Source: Octopus vulgaris (lineage: Eukaryota). From it: a DNA stretch of 64,000 nt. Made by a program: the position numbers and the translations under genes. The stretch is taken from contig OX597835.1 in assembly GCA_951406725.2 (NCBI GenBank), positions 34,348,001-34,412,000 on the forward strand, in the 5' to 3' direction. Under the pieces are notes generated by a model that was not told the DNA's origin, did no database searches, and saw only the letters and a program-made list of their open reading frames with translations. This document shows positions 27,687 through 42,429 of the stretch, in pieces (positions within the stretch are counted from its first letter, which is position 1; each line of letters opens with the position of its first letter).

Positions 27687-28689
27687 GTATGTATGTATGT
27701 ATGCATGTATGTATGTATGCATGTATGTATGCATGCATGCATGCATGCATGTATGTATGTATGTATGTATGTATGCATGTATGTATGTATGTATGTATGC
27801 ATGTATGTATGTATGTATGTATGTATGCATGTATGTATGTATGTATGTATATAACTGGTGGACAGTTAAAACAAGCTTACAAAACTCCGAACAAGAAAAC
27901 ACATGCATACATACATACATACATACATACATACATACATACATACATACATACATACATACATGATAGTAAATTGCCTTGATAATAAAGTGGAGAGCTA
28001 GCAGAATCGTTATTGCACTGGACAAAATACACGGCAGCATTTCTACCGACTCTACGTTCTAAGTTCAAATGCCGCCAGGGTCGACTTTGCCTTTCATCCT
28101 TTCGGGATCAATAAAATAAGTACCAGCTGAGCACTGGGGTCGATGTAATTAACTTACTCCCTCCCTTGGAATTGCCGACCTTGTGCCAAAATTTGGAAAC
28201 AAATTACCTTGATTATAATTTTACATTTACGCCAATAACTATTGGTGCACTTGGTTATGTAAATAAATACAGATGCCACGCTGGCTTTCAGACACCGATG
28301 GTTCAGAGCCTCATATAATGTGCACTTATTTACATTAATGTGCAGGTAAATTTAGTGGAGGCGCATGGCTCTGTGGTTAGAGCGTAGAGTTCACTATCAT
28401 GAGGTAGTGAGTTCGTTTTCTTGACCGGGCTGTGTGTTGTGTTCTTAAGCAAGACATTTTATTTCACGTTGCTCAAGTTCACTCGGCTGTAGAAATGAGT
28501 TCCGATGTGACTGGTGGCCTTTGCCTTTCCCTTGAATAGCTTGGGTGATGTGGAGAGGAGAGGCTGGTATGCATGGGCGATCTCTGGTCTTCCATAAACA
28601 ACCTTGTCCAGACTTGTGCCTCGGAGAGTAACTTTCTAAGATGCAATCTCATGATTATTCATGACTGAAAGAGGCTTTTACCTTTACCC

Positions 28690-28779
<90 letters not shown>

Positions 28780-28927
28780 AGATAATGGTGTCATTGAGAC
28801 CCAACGGTGTCAGGTAATGCTGAATAAGTGCTATAGACAGACCATAGTTAAGTTCCAGATTCGGTAATATTGCGAATAAAGGGTTCAAAGTTGGTTCTAT
28901 GTCAGCGTGTGTATATAAGAATATTTT

Positions 28928-29051
28928 GCGTAATAAGATTTTTAAAAAAAGGCTTTATAGATATAGAGCATTTATAGATAGAAGGTCTTGCAGCTTCTAT
29001 CTATAAATGCTCTAATATCTATAAAGCCTTGTTTTTTTTATCTTATTATGC
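28928..29051. repeat. Imperfect inverted repeat (~55-bp arms, 9-nt spacer) with ~150-bp unique tail toward (TA)n
   Basis: aaggctttatagatatagagcatttatagatagaag / cttctatctataaatgctctaatatctataaagcctt. Confidence 0.85.
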
Positions 29052-29144
29052 AAAGTGCGTGCGTGTGTGTGTGTGTGAGTGTGTGTGTGTCTGTCTGTGT
29101 ATGTGTGTAGGAAGTGAAGGATAAAAATATGGCAAGAAGTGGAC

Positions 29145-29690
29145 AGATGTACATATATCGGACAAACGGGACGCCGCTTGTTTGGCCGGTTCGCGGAACA
29201 CCTCCGAGACATCCGCCTCGGCAATGACACCCCGGTCTCACGCCATTTCCGCTCCACCGGTAACTCCTTGCAACAGCTGTCTGTGTTCGGATTGTCCTTG
29301 CACAGAGGCCATCCGGACTCCCGTTTGCGCCGTGAACGGGGATTAATCTTCTATCTTCGCTCTTTTACGCCATTTGGGCTCAACTCTCCTCCCCTCTTCA
29401 TCTAACCTCCTCCCCGACTCCTACTTCTCTTCACTCCTACATCTTTTCACCCCTACTCTCTTTCCCTCTTCTGTCTTACGCTCTTTCTCTCTGCTCCCTC
29501 ACTCTCCTTCTCTCCCCCTCCCTCCTCCTCTTTCCCACCCAACTCTCCTCTCTTGTCTCGACTCCTACATCTCTTCACTCCTACTTCTCTTCACTGCTAC
29601 TTCTCTTCACCCCTACTCTTTTTCCCTCTTCTCTCCTACTCTCTTTCTCTCTTTCTCTCCCCTCTTTCCCTCTTCCCTCTTACTCTCTTT
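29145..29690 (+). pseudogene. 3' fragment of a second, different PLE (GIY-YIG C-terminus plus pyrimidine-rich 3' UTR)
   Basis: YIGQTGRRLFGRFAEHLRDIR..PVSRHF..RLRRE..IF.L....P.GLN. Confidence 0.82.
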
Positions 29691-30695
29691 CTCTCTTATA
29701 TATATGTATGTGTGTATGTATGCATGCATGCATGTATGTATGTGTGTATCTATGCATGCATGAATACATGTAAGAATGTATGTATGTGGTTATGTGTGCA
29801 TGCAAGCATGTATATATGTATGTAGTTATATACGTATGTATGTATGTATGTATGTATGCATGTATGTGTGTAGGTATGTATAAATGCATGTATGTATGTA
29901 TTATGTATGTATATTCGCACCCACAAAAACAAACATTATAACAGAAGACTCTAAAACGAACAAAATATTCGACTTGCGACCGGCGAATTCGCTATTTCAT
30001 CACTCTTTGCTTTCACCGCGCTTTGAGCAAGGCATGAAAATCGCTACATCTCCCTTTTGCATTTCGTCTGTGTTACATGTGCGTACATACATCTGTATAA
30101 GGGCGCATGATAGCGAGTTCAGTTTTTGTTGTTTGTTCCTTCTCGAGCCATGCCTGGCTCATAAGGGCCGGTTTCCCGGTTTCCTTGGCGTATAGGTTCC
30201 CCACCTGGACGGGACGCCGGTCCGTCGTAGGTGAGCTGCAAGATGCAGGAGTACCTTCTGTCGGAGCCGCGTGGAGCTTAGGTGTTTTCGCTCATAAACA
30301 CACACATCACCCGGTCTGAGATTCGAATCCGCGATCCCTCGACCGCGAGTCTGCTGCTTTAACCACTTGGCGATGTGCTTCTACAGCGGGTTCAGTACCC
30401 TAACAGCGCAGCACCTGGGCCAAATGTCTTCTCCTCCAGCCTCGGGGCAGACAAATTCTTTATGAGTGAATTTGGTAGATGGAAACAGTGTGGAATTTGG
30501 TCGTCGGGTACGTGATTTTGATAACCTACAAAAATGGTGAAACATCGATGTCCATCACTCCTGAATTGGATCTGGGGTGGATTGTCTCACCTGTTTTGAC
30601 ACCCGGCGCTTTCAGGGAGTAATCTCCGCCACGCGATTTTGGAGCCTACGTGCAAACACACCAGCCATGTACGTAAAGATATGTGGTCGATTATA

Positions 30696-30925
30696 CAGTG
30701 CGTTCAAAATGTCTCTCCGCAGTATTAATATTTATAAGATAAATATTTATAAGATGGTGTAAGACTACAAAAGAATATATTAGACTTCACAAAACTTAAA
30801 AAAAACTTTGGAAGAGGTTTTGAAAGTATCGTCCTTCATTTTCAATACATAAGGGGACTCTTCACTTGTTTTGGAATACATACTGGAGAAAAAAAATCAC
30901 TGCGGAAGGACGTTTTGAACATCTT
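30696..30925. mobile_element. Tc1/mariner-like MITE
   Basis: Imperfect TIRs cagtgcgttcaaaatgtctctccgcagt / actgcggaaggacgttttgaaca; TA at the left flank. Confidence 0.6.
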
Positions 30926-31239
30926 ATATTTACCTTCTCAGTCTGTTTTCCGTTCGTTTGTTTATTACAATACGTTTTTTGATTTCTGAATATATATATA
31001 GTAGAAATATGTTACAAAAAGAAAATATAAAATACACGAAAAATCAACGAAAATGCACATTGTAAATAAAAAAAAGGCTATTTATGAAAGGTAACGACAG
31101 ATATATACAATTAGATGAACTGAGGTAGTAATAAAAGTCATAAAAGTCATTAATTATGAGATGATTATAAAGTCAGAAAACAAAGCGTACCATGGTTTCC
31201 GCAAAGCTATTCATTGCTTTGAATACACATATATATATA

Positions 31240-31629
31240 CTAGCAGTATCGCCCGGCGTTGCTCGGGTTTGTTTCGACCCGCTGGAATTGGAATTTTTGA
31301 AAAGTAAAAATTTTGCATTATGTAGCTTATTTATTCTCTTCAAGAGAACATTTTTCTGGTTGAAATACACCGAAAAGTGGCGACACAGCAGTGAAAAAAT
31401 CGTAAAAAATAGGGATTTTCATAGAAAAAAAGCACCTTTTTGATGTAAATAATTTTTGGTGTTAACATGGTCCGATTTGAATTTTATCTTCTACGGAAGG
31501 AAGAGCAACCCTTCTATCATACTCTCAATTTTGGTCAACTTGCGCCGCAGGGTCTCAGAGGAGATAGTGTTAGTTGAAGGCTACCAAACCTGGCGCACAC
31601 AGACAACTTCAGCTTTATATAGAGAGAGA
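31240..31629 (-). mobile_element. Non-autonomous Helitron
   Basis: Reverse complement of 43986-44364; 5' TC, subterminal hairpin cccgagcaacgccggg, 3' CTAG. Confidence 0.82.
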
Positions 31630-31676
31630 TAACATACATACATTAATACACATACATACACACACACATGTATATG

Positions 31677-31702
<26 letters not shown>

Positions 31703-31707
<5 letters not shown>

Positions 31708-32085
31708 TATATAGAGGGCATTATTACACATAAATGCCACACGCTAGGAGAGACTTTCAAAGTCATTACTACCAAAAATAAACGAATCGTCCCAAATACA
31801 GATCTCGAAGCAAGACATTTAGAAAAAGAATTTAGTTCCAAATTAATTCTTTTTCTAAATGTCTTGCTTCGAGATCTGTATTTGGGACGATTCGTTTATT
31901 TTTGGTAGTAATGACTTTGAAAGTCTCTCCTAGCGTGTGGCATTTATGTGTAATAATGCCCTCTATATAATATAAATAAATATTTTCAAGTGAAAAAATT
32001 TTCAGATTTTTTTCTTATGAGGTTTTTCACGCTAACTACCTGATAATTTCTTGTTAAGATTTCTTATTAAGATTTTATCCTTAAT
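31703..32085 (+). repeat. Long inverted repeat (~130-bp arms, 12-nt spacer; 31703-31974) plus ~110-bp unique tail, next to (TA)n
   Basis: Arms read as exact reverse complements by eye. Confidence 0.9.
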
Positions 32086-32904
32086 TTTTTTTTTTTTTTG
32101 TACTTGTTTCAGTCATTTGACTGCGGCCATGCTGGAGCACCGCCTTTAGAGTGGTGAAAGAGTACAGCAGGGATCACCACCTCCTGCCGGAGCCTCGTGG
32201 AGCTTTTAGGTGTTTTTTCGCTCAATAAACACACACAACGCCCGGTCTGGGAATCGAAACCGCGATCCTCCGACCGCAAGTCCGCTATATATACATATAT
32301 ATTTATATATATACATACATACATATACGACGGGCTTCTTTCAGTTTCCGTCTACTAAATCCACTCACAAGGCTTTGGTCGGCCCGAGGCTATAGTAGAA
32401 GACACTTGCCCAAGGTGCCACGCAGTGGGACTGAACCCGAAACCATGTGGTTGGTAAGCAAACTACAGGAACCACACAACCACAGATATAAGAGTTAGAA
32501 CTTGTGATCCGCCCGTGGACCTTTTTTTTTTTTGGGAAATTTCTGCCCGCTGCACTAAAAAGTTTCCCCAGCCCTGCTATTATAGTAGTAGACACTTGCG
32601 TAGGGTGCTACGCAGTGGAATTGAACCGGGGGAAGCATGTGGTTATGAAGCAAGTCTCTTACCACACAGCCCTGCCTCGTATATGCACTCGTACGGGTAG
32701 AGACGTACATATATGTATATAAGTGCGTCTCTATGTGTGTGTGCGTGTGTGTGTGTGTGCGTGTGTTTGTGTGTGTGTGTGTTTGTGTGTGTGTTTGTGT
32801 CTGTGTGTGTGAGGGAGAGAGAGAAAATGTGTAATAGAAGTTTAGAGGGGAAAGTGTGAAATGAGAAACCAAGGATGGGATCGGCGTCAGTTTTCGTATC
32901 AAGT

Positions 32905-33605
32905 TGTATGTAGTGGTGGTGGTGGCGGCGGCGGCGGCGGTGGTGGTGGTGGTGGTGGTGGTGGATGTTGTGGTGGCGGTGGTGGTGGTGGTAGTGGTGG
33001 TGGTGATGATGGTGGTGGTGGTAGTAGAAGCGGTGGCGGCGGCAGCGGCGGTGATTGTTGTGGTGATGGTGGTGGTGGCGGCGGTGGTGATGGTGGTGGC
33101 GGTACTAGCAGTAGTGGTAGTAGCAGCAGCAGCAGCAGTAGTTGTTGTAGTAGTAGTAGTAGTAGTAGTTGTTGTAGTGTTGATGGTGTTAGTGGTTATG
33201 ACGGTGTGTTGGGGTGACGACACTTATTTAATACTTACAATATTAATAAGAAGGCGGAGACTACTACTACTACTACTACTACGACTACTACTACTACTAC
33301 TACTACAACGACTACTACTACTACTACTATTATTATTAATATTGCTACCACTGACACCACCTTCTTTTATGCCGTCCCTCACCGCCATCACTACTACCAC
33401 CGCCACCACCACCACCACTTCAGCTACCGCACGCACCGCTACTACTACTACTACTACTACTATTAACGCCGCCTTCTTACACGCACACGCACACGCATCC
33501 CAAACTCCCAATGCCATCAATTCCACCACTTCAGTAATCGCAACCACTACCACCAGCACCACCACTACTCCTACTACTACTACTACTGTTACTGTTACTG
33601 CTATG
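32905..33605. repeat. Opposed (GGT/AGT)n and (ACT/ACC)n trinucleotide tracts
   Basis: Direct inspection. Confidence 0.85.
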
Positions 33606-34835
33606 GGGGGGGGAACCACCACCTCCATCGTCCTCCCCTTCCACTCCAACCAACCACTGTCACAGGAAGAGATTGAGAGAGGAAGTGGGAGAAATAGCTC
33701 ACACCACCACCACCACCACCTCTCATCCCACCACCACCACCACCACTACCATCCGAACTCCCCCCAGAAGGCAGGCCGTCAGTCAGACAGGCTCGGTAAA
33801 GGCTTGACAAGCAGGTGGGGGTAAGTTTGTATATTGAGGGCAAGGAATGGTAAGAGAGAGGAAATGTTACCAAAGTGCACAAACAATTCTCATATAATAC
33901 AAACCAGTCCCATAAAAACTGCTAAAATATCATTAATTCGCCTCTGTTTAAAGGCCGTGGTTGCCCCTAGACTCAAAGTGCTCTCCGCCAACCACATATA
34001 TATTATACGATATTATATTGTATTATATTATATTATAAATATTCCCAGGGAGTAAGTACTAAGCCGTCGGTAACTTCAATTGCCCGGACATGTGGTTGTT
34101 TCGTTTATCCGTTTTACCGATGTTGAGGTGTTGTGGTTGTTTTTGACGTGGATTTCGACCGGTTGAAGATTTGAAAAGAAGGAAAGAAAAGCAGAACCGC
34201 TCTCAGCTCACGTTGTTTTGAAGGAGAAGAAGAAGAAGAAGAAGAAGAAGAAGAAAGAAACGAAACGAATCGAAACGAAAAAGGGCTTCACGTCACCCAC
34301 TGACCGTTGGAGCTTAAAACTAAATTCAACAGCCAGGCCAAAGCGTCTGACTGCTTGCTACTACTTCCTACTTCGCCCTGGCATGGTACATACCGAGACA
34401 CTGACGACGGTCCTAACCTCCATCGCACCGACACAGTAACAGAAAATACACAGGCTCGAATAACACACTCGTTCGCAATTCCGATATCTATAAATTTTAC
34501 TCGTTATCTCTTGGATTATCAAGCAAACTTTAAACAAAGCAATAATGATAATAACAATAATCAGTATAACCACCCAAAAACAATAACAAGTGATGTAAAC
34601 ACATTCAGTATTTTTTTTTTAAACTGCTATTAAATTTTTATTTAACCTTATTCACAAACTTGTTATTCTTAAATTCTCTTTGTTTTCCTTTCTGCTTTTA
34701 GCTCGTTCTCTGCATCTCTCTATATATCTGTCTATCTCTATATTCTTATCGATAACTATTTATCTATCTACCACACCGTCTCTGCACCCCACTTTGCTCT
34801 CTCGCACTCTCTTTCGCTGTCACTCTCCTTTTCTC

Positions 34836-34899
<64 letters not shown>

Positions 34900-35388
34900 A
34901 AACGGATATACACTTTAATTTATTCCCACATACGCCAACAGAATATTTGATCTCTTCAACTGGTTTCAAAAACATTGTGAATACCACCATCTCTTGAGAT
35001 TGCTATCAACCCGTCCGTCACCCGCAACTTCGTCCGTTACTGCCTGAAAATTTGAAGTGAATTATTGTCAAATCCATATTTATTATTGCTATTATTATTA
35101 TCATTAATAATTTATTTTCATAACACTCAACGCAATCAGTACAGTATTATCAGTACAACACTAAGCTGATAGATTTAATTAAAAACTATGCACCGATTCA
35201 AGGATTATTCTTTCCATCAACTTGGCTATGGGTATTTATTGCTCTGGTGTCTATTGTCACTTCCGTCTCTTGGATATGTTCTGGCTACAACCAACTGTGA
35301 TACCACCTGCCACTGTTCCATCAGGTACGTCTACCATTAATGGAATATATGTGTGTATGTATATATATAGAGAGAGATAGATATACAG

Positions 35389-35608
35389 GGGCGAGCTGGC
35401 AGAAACGTTAGCACGCCGGGCGACATACGTAGCCGTATTTCGTCTGTCTTTACGTTCTGAGTTCAAATTCCGCCCAGGTCGACTTTGCCTTTCATCCTTT
35501 CGGGGTTAATTAAATAAGTACCAGTTACGCACTGGGGTCGATATAATCGACTTAATCCGTTTGTCTGTCCTTTCTGTGTTTAGCCCCTTGTGGGTAGTAA
35601 AGAAATAG
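35389..35608 (+). mobile_element. SINE with Deu/Nin-like central domain (family C); also 16721-16845, 27993-28200, 46904-47135, 49640-50030, 50921-51112, and minus-strand 47780-47918, 59845-60015, 62385-62568
   Basis: Head ggcgagctggcagaaacgttagc..gagttcaaattcc; core gtcgactttgcctttcatcctttcgggg..aagtaccag resembles the Deu/Nin domain as I recall it. Confidence 0.8.
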
Positions 35609-35613
35609 ATATA

Positions 35614-35848
35614 CAGGGTGGCCCAAAAGTGGGTTTACGGTTATTCAACTACCTCTTTCGCATTCATATATTAACAGTTTAGATTTTAATTATAAAAAAA
35701 ATATGAAATAATTATTCTATGCTAATTTAGTTAATTTTGTCAAGCTCCTTTCCAGTTTGTAAGAGAGAAATTTAAATGTAATAAATAGTTTTAAAAGAAA
35801 TTTAAACTGCCTACGTGATAACTGTAAACCTATTTTGGGGCCACCCTG
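35614..35848. mobile_element. Tc1/mariner-like MITE
   Basis: TIRs cagggtggcccaaaagtgggtttacggttat / ataactgtaaacctattttggggccaccctg; TA TSD. Confidence 0.85.
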
Positions 35849-35920
35849 TAATAGATATATATACATATATTTATATACATTTTATTTTAATGTTATAGCA
35901 ATGTGTGTGTGTGTGTGTGT

Positions 35921-35957
<37 letters not shown>

Positions 35958-36113
35958 CATTTGTGTATGCATTCTTCGGTTTATTTTTCGAATTTCTCCT
36001 CAACGGAGACAAACGGTTTCTAAACCCCAAGACAAGTCTTCTTTTCACTGGAATTTAAACAACAGCATACTAGGTAATCTTATGTATGTATGTATGTATG
36101 TATGTATGTATGT

Positions 36114-36152
<39 letters not shown>

Positions 36153-36177
36153 TGTGTGTGTGTGCGTGTGTATTATG

Positions 36178-36224
<47 letters not shown>

Positions 36225-37317
36225 TCTTTTACTTGTTTCAGTCATTTGACTGCGGCCATGCTGGAGCACCGCCTTTAGTCGAGCAAATCGACCCCGGGAC
36301 TTATTCTTTGTAAGCCCAGTACTTATTCTATCGGTCTCTTTTGCCGAACCGCTAAGTGACGGGGACGTAAACACACCAGCATCGGTTGTCAAGCAATGCT
36401 AGGGGGACAAACACACACACATATATACATATATACGACAGGCTTCTTTCAGTTTCCGTCTACCAAATCCACTCACAAGGCATTGGTCCGCCCGGGGCTA
36501 TAGCAGAAGACATCTGCCCAAGATGTCACGCAGTGGGACTGAACCCGGAACCATGTGGTTGGTTAGCAAGCTACTTACCACACAGCCACTCCTGCGCCTA
36601 TGCATATATTATGCATGTATTTATGTGTATGCATATGTATATACACACACATATTTTTAAGTTAAGAACGATGGGTTTTGAAACGAAGCTCAAAACAACG
36701 GCGTGTAAGTTTGTGGATTGAACTCCCCTCGGATAGTTAAGAATGCATAAATGTGTGTGCATGTTTGCATATATATATCTAAATATATATATATCATGTA
36801 TGCATGTGCATATGTATGTTTGTGAGCATGTTATGCATATATATATGTATGTACACATGGATGCAGGCATCGATGTCATTGCATATGTGGGCCTCATTAT
36901 GTGCAAACCTTCATGCAGGTTTTTTTACACTTCAATGGTACCTTTGACAGCTTGTAGCTGCAATCTTCTAAATAGGGCTGGTCTTTCGTGTTTAGAACCC
37001 CCCACCCCAAGATTGGACTGGATGCAGTTAATTACGTAACCAAGCATTTAATTATAACTCTAAAATTATTGTCCGGATGAAGTACCAGTAGATCTCTCTC
37101 ACCAGTTCGGCATAAATGTGTTTCGTTTTCACTAATCCTTAATATTATGTATCCTTAATATTATGTTGACATCTGTTAGAAAACTGACTTCAACAAGAGT
37201 GTATACAGTTTTTGTTTTTCTCTCAGATCCAATGCCGTCTTTTGGCATTTGCACGCTGAAAATTTGCCCAGGTATTTCAAGGGCCTAGGAGCCTAATTCT
37301 GTGTACGGAGAATAGCA

Positions 37318-37630
37318 ATAAATAAATAAATAAATAAATAGTTGAGGGCCCAGTGTATTGATCATAATGCTGTTATGACAACCCTGCCCAGATCATTAAC
37401 TCGCTGTTCTGTTGTGTTTGCATCTTGCATTTTCTTGCAGTCTTCACATAGACATTCCGCCAGTATTCTTTATAATTTTGTGTGCTTGTACCCTCCACGT
37501 GTCCTTCTTATCTACATGCCTCCTCGGAATTATCCTTTCCACGGATGTCAGTGATAATACTTTAGAACAGCTATTTAAGATGTGGGTGAAATCTTCAGTG
37601 TTAATTCCATGGAGCCGGTATTAGCTCTCG
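37318..37630 (-). mobile_element. Possible decayed LINE 3' end (RTE-like)
   Basis: (TATT)n tail on the minus strand and weak RTE C-terminal resemblance. Confidence 0.35.
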
Positions 37631-37635
37631 CATCT

Positions 37636-38219
37636 AGCCTTGTATATAAGAGTGTGCAGGCCAGGGGTCCCGGGAGGTCAACTTTTGGGTCTGCTATATA
37701 AGCCTGTATAAGTTTGGAGGCCCAGTGGTGGCGGTACTTTTGAGCCTTGTATATAAGAGTGTGCAGGACAGGGGTCCCGGGAGGTCAACTTTTGGGTCTG
37801 CTATATAAACCTGTATAAGTTTGGAGGCCCAGTGGTGGCGGTACTTTTGAGCCTTGTATATAAGAGTGTGCAGGACAGGGGTCCCGGGAGGTCACCTTTT
37901 GAGTCTGCTATATAAACCTGTATAAGTTTGGAGGCCCAGTGGTGGCGATACTTTTGAGCCTTGTATATAAGAGTGTGCAGGCCAGGGGTCCGGGAGGTCA
38001 CCTTTTGAGTTTGCTATATAAAGTTTGGAGGCCCAGTGGTGGCGGTACTTTTGAGCCTTGTATATAAGAGTGTGCAGGACAGGGGTCCCGGGAGGTCACC
38101 TTTTGAGTCTGCTATATAAACCTGTATAAGTTTGGAGGCCCAGTGGTGGCGATACTTTTGAGCCTTGTATATAAGAGTGTGCAGGCCAGGGGTCCCGGGA
38201 TAGTACTTTTTGGGTCTGC
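37636..38219. repeat. 107-bp tandem array, ~5.5 units
   Basis: Unit starts (agccttgtatataagagtgtgc) at 37636, 37743, 37850, 37957, 38054, 38161. Confidence 0.95.
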
Positions 38220-38249
38220 GTCCCTGTTAGTTTGTTGTATGTATGTGTA

Positions 38250-38533
38250 TATGGCATTCCTTCGATATAACTCGACAAAATCAAAACATTTCACTTCGGG
38301 TATTTCTGTGGAAGCAAATGACAGTTCGATTCTGTTTTCTGCTTGGAAATTTGTGGATTTTACATACACACATGAAACGGGTAAGAACAAATACGCAAGG
38401 CTTTTTTTTTCTTCAAGTTTAAAATGAGACGACATTGCTGGCATAATTTCGTTATATCTATACTCCACAACCCACGGAAATACCCGAATTGAAATGTTTT
38501 GATTTTGTCGAGTTATATCGAAGGAATGCCGTA
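38250..38533. mobile_element. MITE with ~60-bp TIRs
   Basis: ggcattccttcgatataactcgacaaaatcaaaacatttca..gtgg / ccac..tgaaatgttttgattttgtcgagttatatcgaaggaatgcc; TA-rich flanks. Confidence 0.85.
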
Positions 38534-38981
38534 TATATGGATATATGGACATGTATACACACACACACACACACACAAATATATGCGTGTGTGTGTGTGT
38601 GTGTGCGTCATTGTTGTTTTCTGTCTGTCTGTCTCTCATTCTCTCTGTTCCACAGCAAATAATAATCCTTTTCCCTCCACTCTCTCTCTCTTTCTCTCGA
38701 TCATTCGCTCTCTCTCTCCCTCTCTCCCTCTCTCTCTCTCTCTCTATCTCTCTCTAGTTACCCTTTCAGACATGCTTAGCGCTTTCATCTTGTCTCTTTC
38801 TCTGTCTCTCTCCTCTCTCTCTCTCTCTCCCCCTCTCTCTCTCTTTCTCTTTCTCTTTCTGTCTCTGTCTACATACGTGTATGTATGTATGTATATATAT
38901 ATATATATATATATATACGTATGCATGTTTGCATATATATGTGTGTGCGTGCACGTATACGCACAAATATATATACGGGTG

Positions 38982-39074
<93 letters not shown>

Positions 39075-39905
39075 TTAAAGGGCTAAAAAACCACTAGGTG
39101 GTCAGCCGTATGCTAGAAGTAGATCACCTACGATCAAACTACAAAGAAAAAAAAATATATATATATATTCAACTTGACCTCCTGTCCCCAAGGTCTTACT
39201 TTGAACTTTACATCACGGCAAGAAACTCAAAGCAGGGCAGCAATATCGAACTCCCTCCTTCACCAGACGCCAATTACAAAAAAATGGCCGTTGAAAAAGG
39301 TGATAACGCCAACGCTGGCCGTGCTCTAGCATGGCCGCAGCCTTCTGGCTGAAACACACAAAAGAATAAAAGAATACACAGGCATTTGTATATACACACA
39401 CGTATACAATGAGAGAAAGACAGAGAGAGAGTACAAATATGTGTGCGGGTACATGCTTATACACACACCCATCACGGTTCCCTTTTCTCTCTCCTCCTGA
39501 CCCCCTTTGTTAACGTCAACATTACTTCATCCTTATTTCAAATCCAAAATCTTTTGTTTACATTTCTTCGTCAATTCTCAACTACCAGCAGAGACTGTGC
39601 TCTCTCCCACCCTCCGCTCTCTCTCTCTCTCCTTTTCCTCTCCCTTTCTTTCACTGCTTATGCCTGTCTGTGTGTAAATATGTATACTCCTTTACTCTTT
39701 TACTAGTTTCAGTCATTTGACTGCGGCCATGCTTGAGCACCGCCTTTAATCGAGCAACTCGACCCCGGGACTTATTCTTTTGTAAGCCCAGTACTTATAC
39801 TATCGGTCTCTTTTGCCGAACCGCTAAGTAACAGGGACATAAACACACTAGCATCGGTTGTCAAGCAATGCTAGGGGGACAAACACACACACACAAACAC
39901 ACAAA

Positions 39906-39952
<47 letters not shown>

Positions 39953-40110
39953 GACGGGCTTCTTTCAGTTTCCGTCTACCAGATCCACTCACAAGGTCGG
40001 CCCGAGGCTATAGTAGAAGATACTTGCCCAAGGTGCCACGCAGTGGGACTGGACCCGGAACCATGTGGTTGGTAAGCATGTTACTTACCACGCAGCCACC
40101 CTTGCGCCTA

Positions 40111-40176
<66 letters not shown>

Positions 40177-40526
40177 TGAATATATATATAATAATATATA
40201 TGCAAGTGTTTTCTACCATAGCCTCGTGTCGACCAAGGCTTGTGAGTGGATTTGGTAGACAGAAACTGAAAGAAACCTGTCGTTTGTGTGTGTGTATGTG
40301 TGTGTTTTGTGTATGTGCGTGTTTTTGTCTGTGTTTGCCCTCCCCCACCCCCTCAGCATCACTTGACACTGATGTTGATGTGTTTACGTCCCCTTATCTT
40401 AGCGGTTCGGCAAAAGGGTCGGCTAGGCTTACGAAGAATAAGTCCTGCGGTCGATTTGTTTGATTAAAGGCGGTGCTCCAGCATGGCCGCAGTCAAATGA
40501 CTGAAAGAAGTGAAAGAGGTAAAAGA

Positions 40527-40562
<36 letters not shown>

Positions 40563-41013
40563 ATATATACAGATGCGTGTGTGCGTATATATATATATAT
40601 TTCACCAATAATGTTCTAATTTCAATTATCCGCACCAACGCACGGTTGCAACACCATATGGTTGTACCTCCAGCCGTGCTGTTTTACTGCTGTGATTTTT
40701 GCTACTAAGGTATCGGTTAAACTTTTGATTAATCTACTACAAGATTATTCATCTTTCTATTTCACATAATATATATATATATATATATATATAATCATAT
40801 GTATACACACACATGTGTGTATGTGTGTGTGTGTGTGTGTGTTAATCTAAAGTTGACAATCTACTCCACAACTTCTCTCCCCGGTTGCGCTGTTCACGAC
40901 AGTTAGCGAACTGAGCCGTCAGTCAATTTCTGACGTAATGAACACAGCTATCAAACCATTCTACTCAACCTTAATGGTTGAATCATGTAAATATAATTTA
41001 CACACGCACACAT

Positions 41014-41047
<34 letters not shown>

Positions 41048-41078
41048 ACGTACATACATTCATACATACATATCAAAG

Positions 41079-41111
<33 letters not shown>

Positions 41112-41182
41112 TAGCTTCATAGCACTTACTCAGCATATTACCTGACACCTTTTGGTCTTCTTGACACCATTACCTCTCATAA

Positions 41183-41220
<38 letters not shown>

Positions 41221-41427
41221 TAATCCAAACGGGAAAACAGAAAAAAAACCAACAACACGTGGAACAATTACAGTATTATTATTATTAGGCGCTCAGGAAA
41301 ATGGAAGAAGGAAGGTATGACGTTTCGAGCGGAGCTCTTCGTCGGAAACATAGGAGAAAGAAAGATCCCGAGACGGGAGGACAGAGGAAAAAAAAATTGC
41401 AGGTAGTCTTCACGAGGTCACATACTA

Positions 41428-42141
<714 letters not shown>

Positions 42142-42214
42142 CGGGAAGCTTTATGAAAATAAACAAAAGACGAAATATATATATATATATATTTATGAAA
42201 ATAAACAAAAGACG

Positions 42215-42252
<38 letters not shown>

Positions 42253-42429
42253 CTTGGAAGAAATGAGGTACTCAGAAATCTGCGTGGTTTTATATTTACA
42301 GATATTTACTAGTATGTTACATGTTTTTATAAATCATATATCATATATATTAGCGCTTTTGTCCACTCTAGTGGAGTTGTCAAATTGAACTTTTGCAGGA
42401 ATTTTGTCTCTTTTTATAGCAAAATAGTC

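Noticed and set aside
37636-38219. Regular repeat array considered as CRISPR or tandem ribozyme array
   Set aside because: Whole units repeat without unique spacers; no cas genes; eukaryotic context; no hammerhead core on either strand
39091-39107. Second CTCF-like motif ccactaggtggtcag
   Set aside because: Weaker match at the 3' end; plausible by chance in 64 kb
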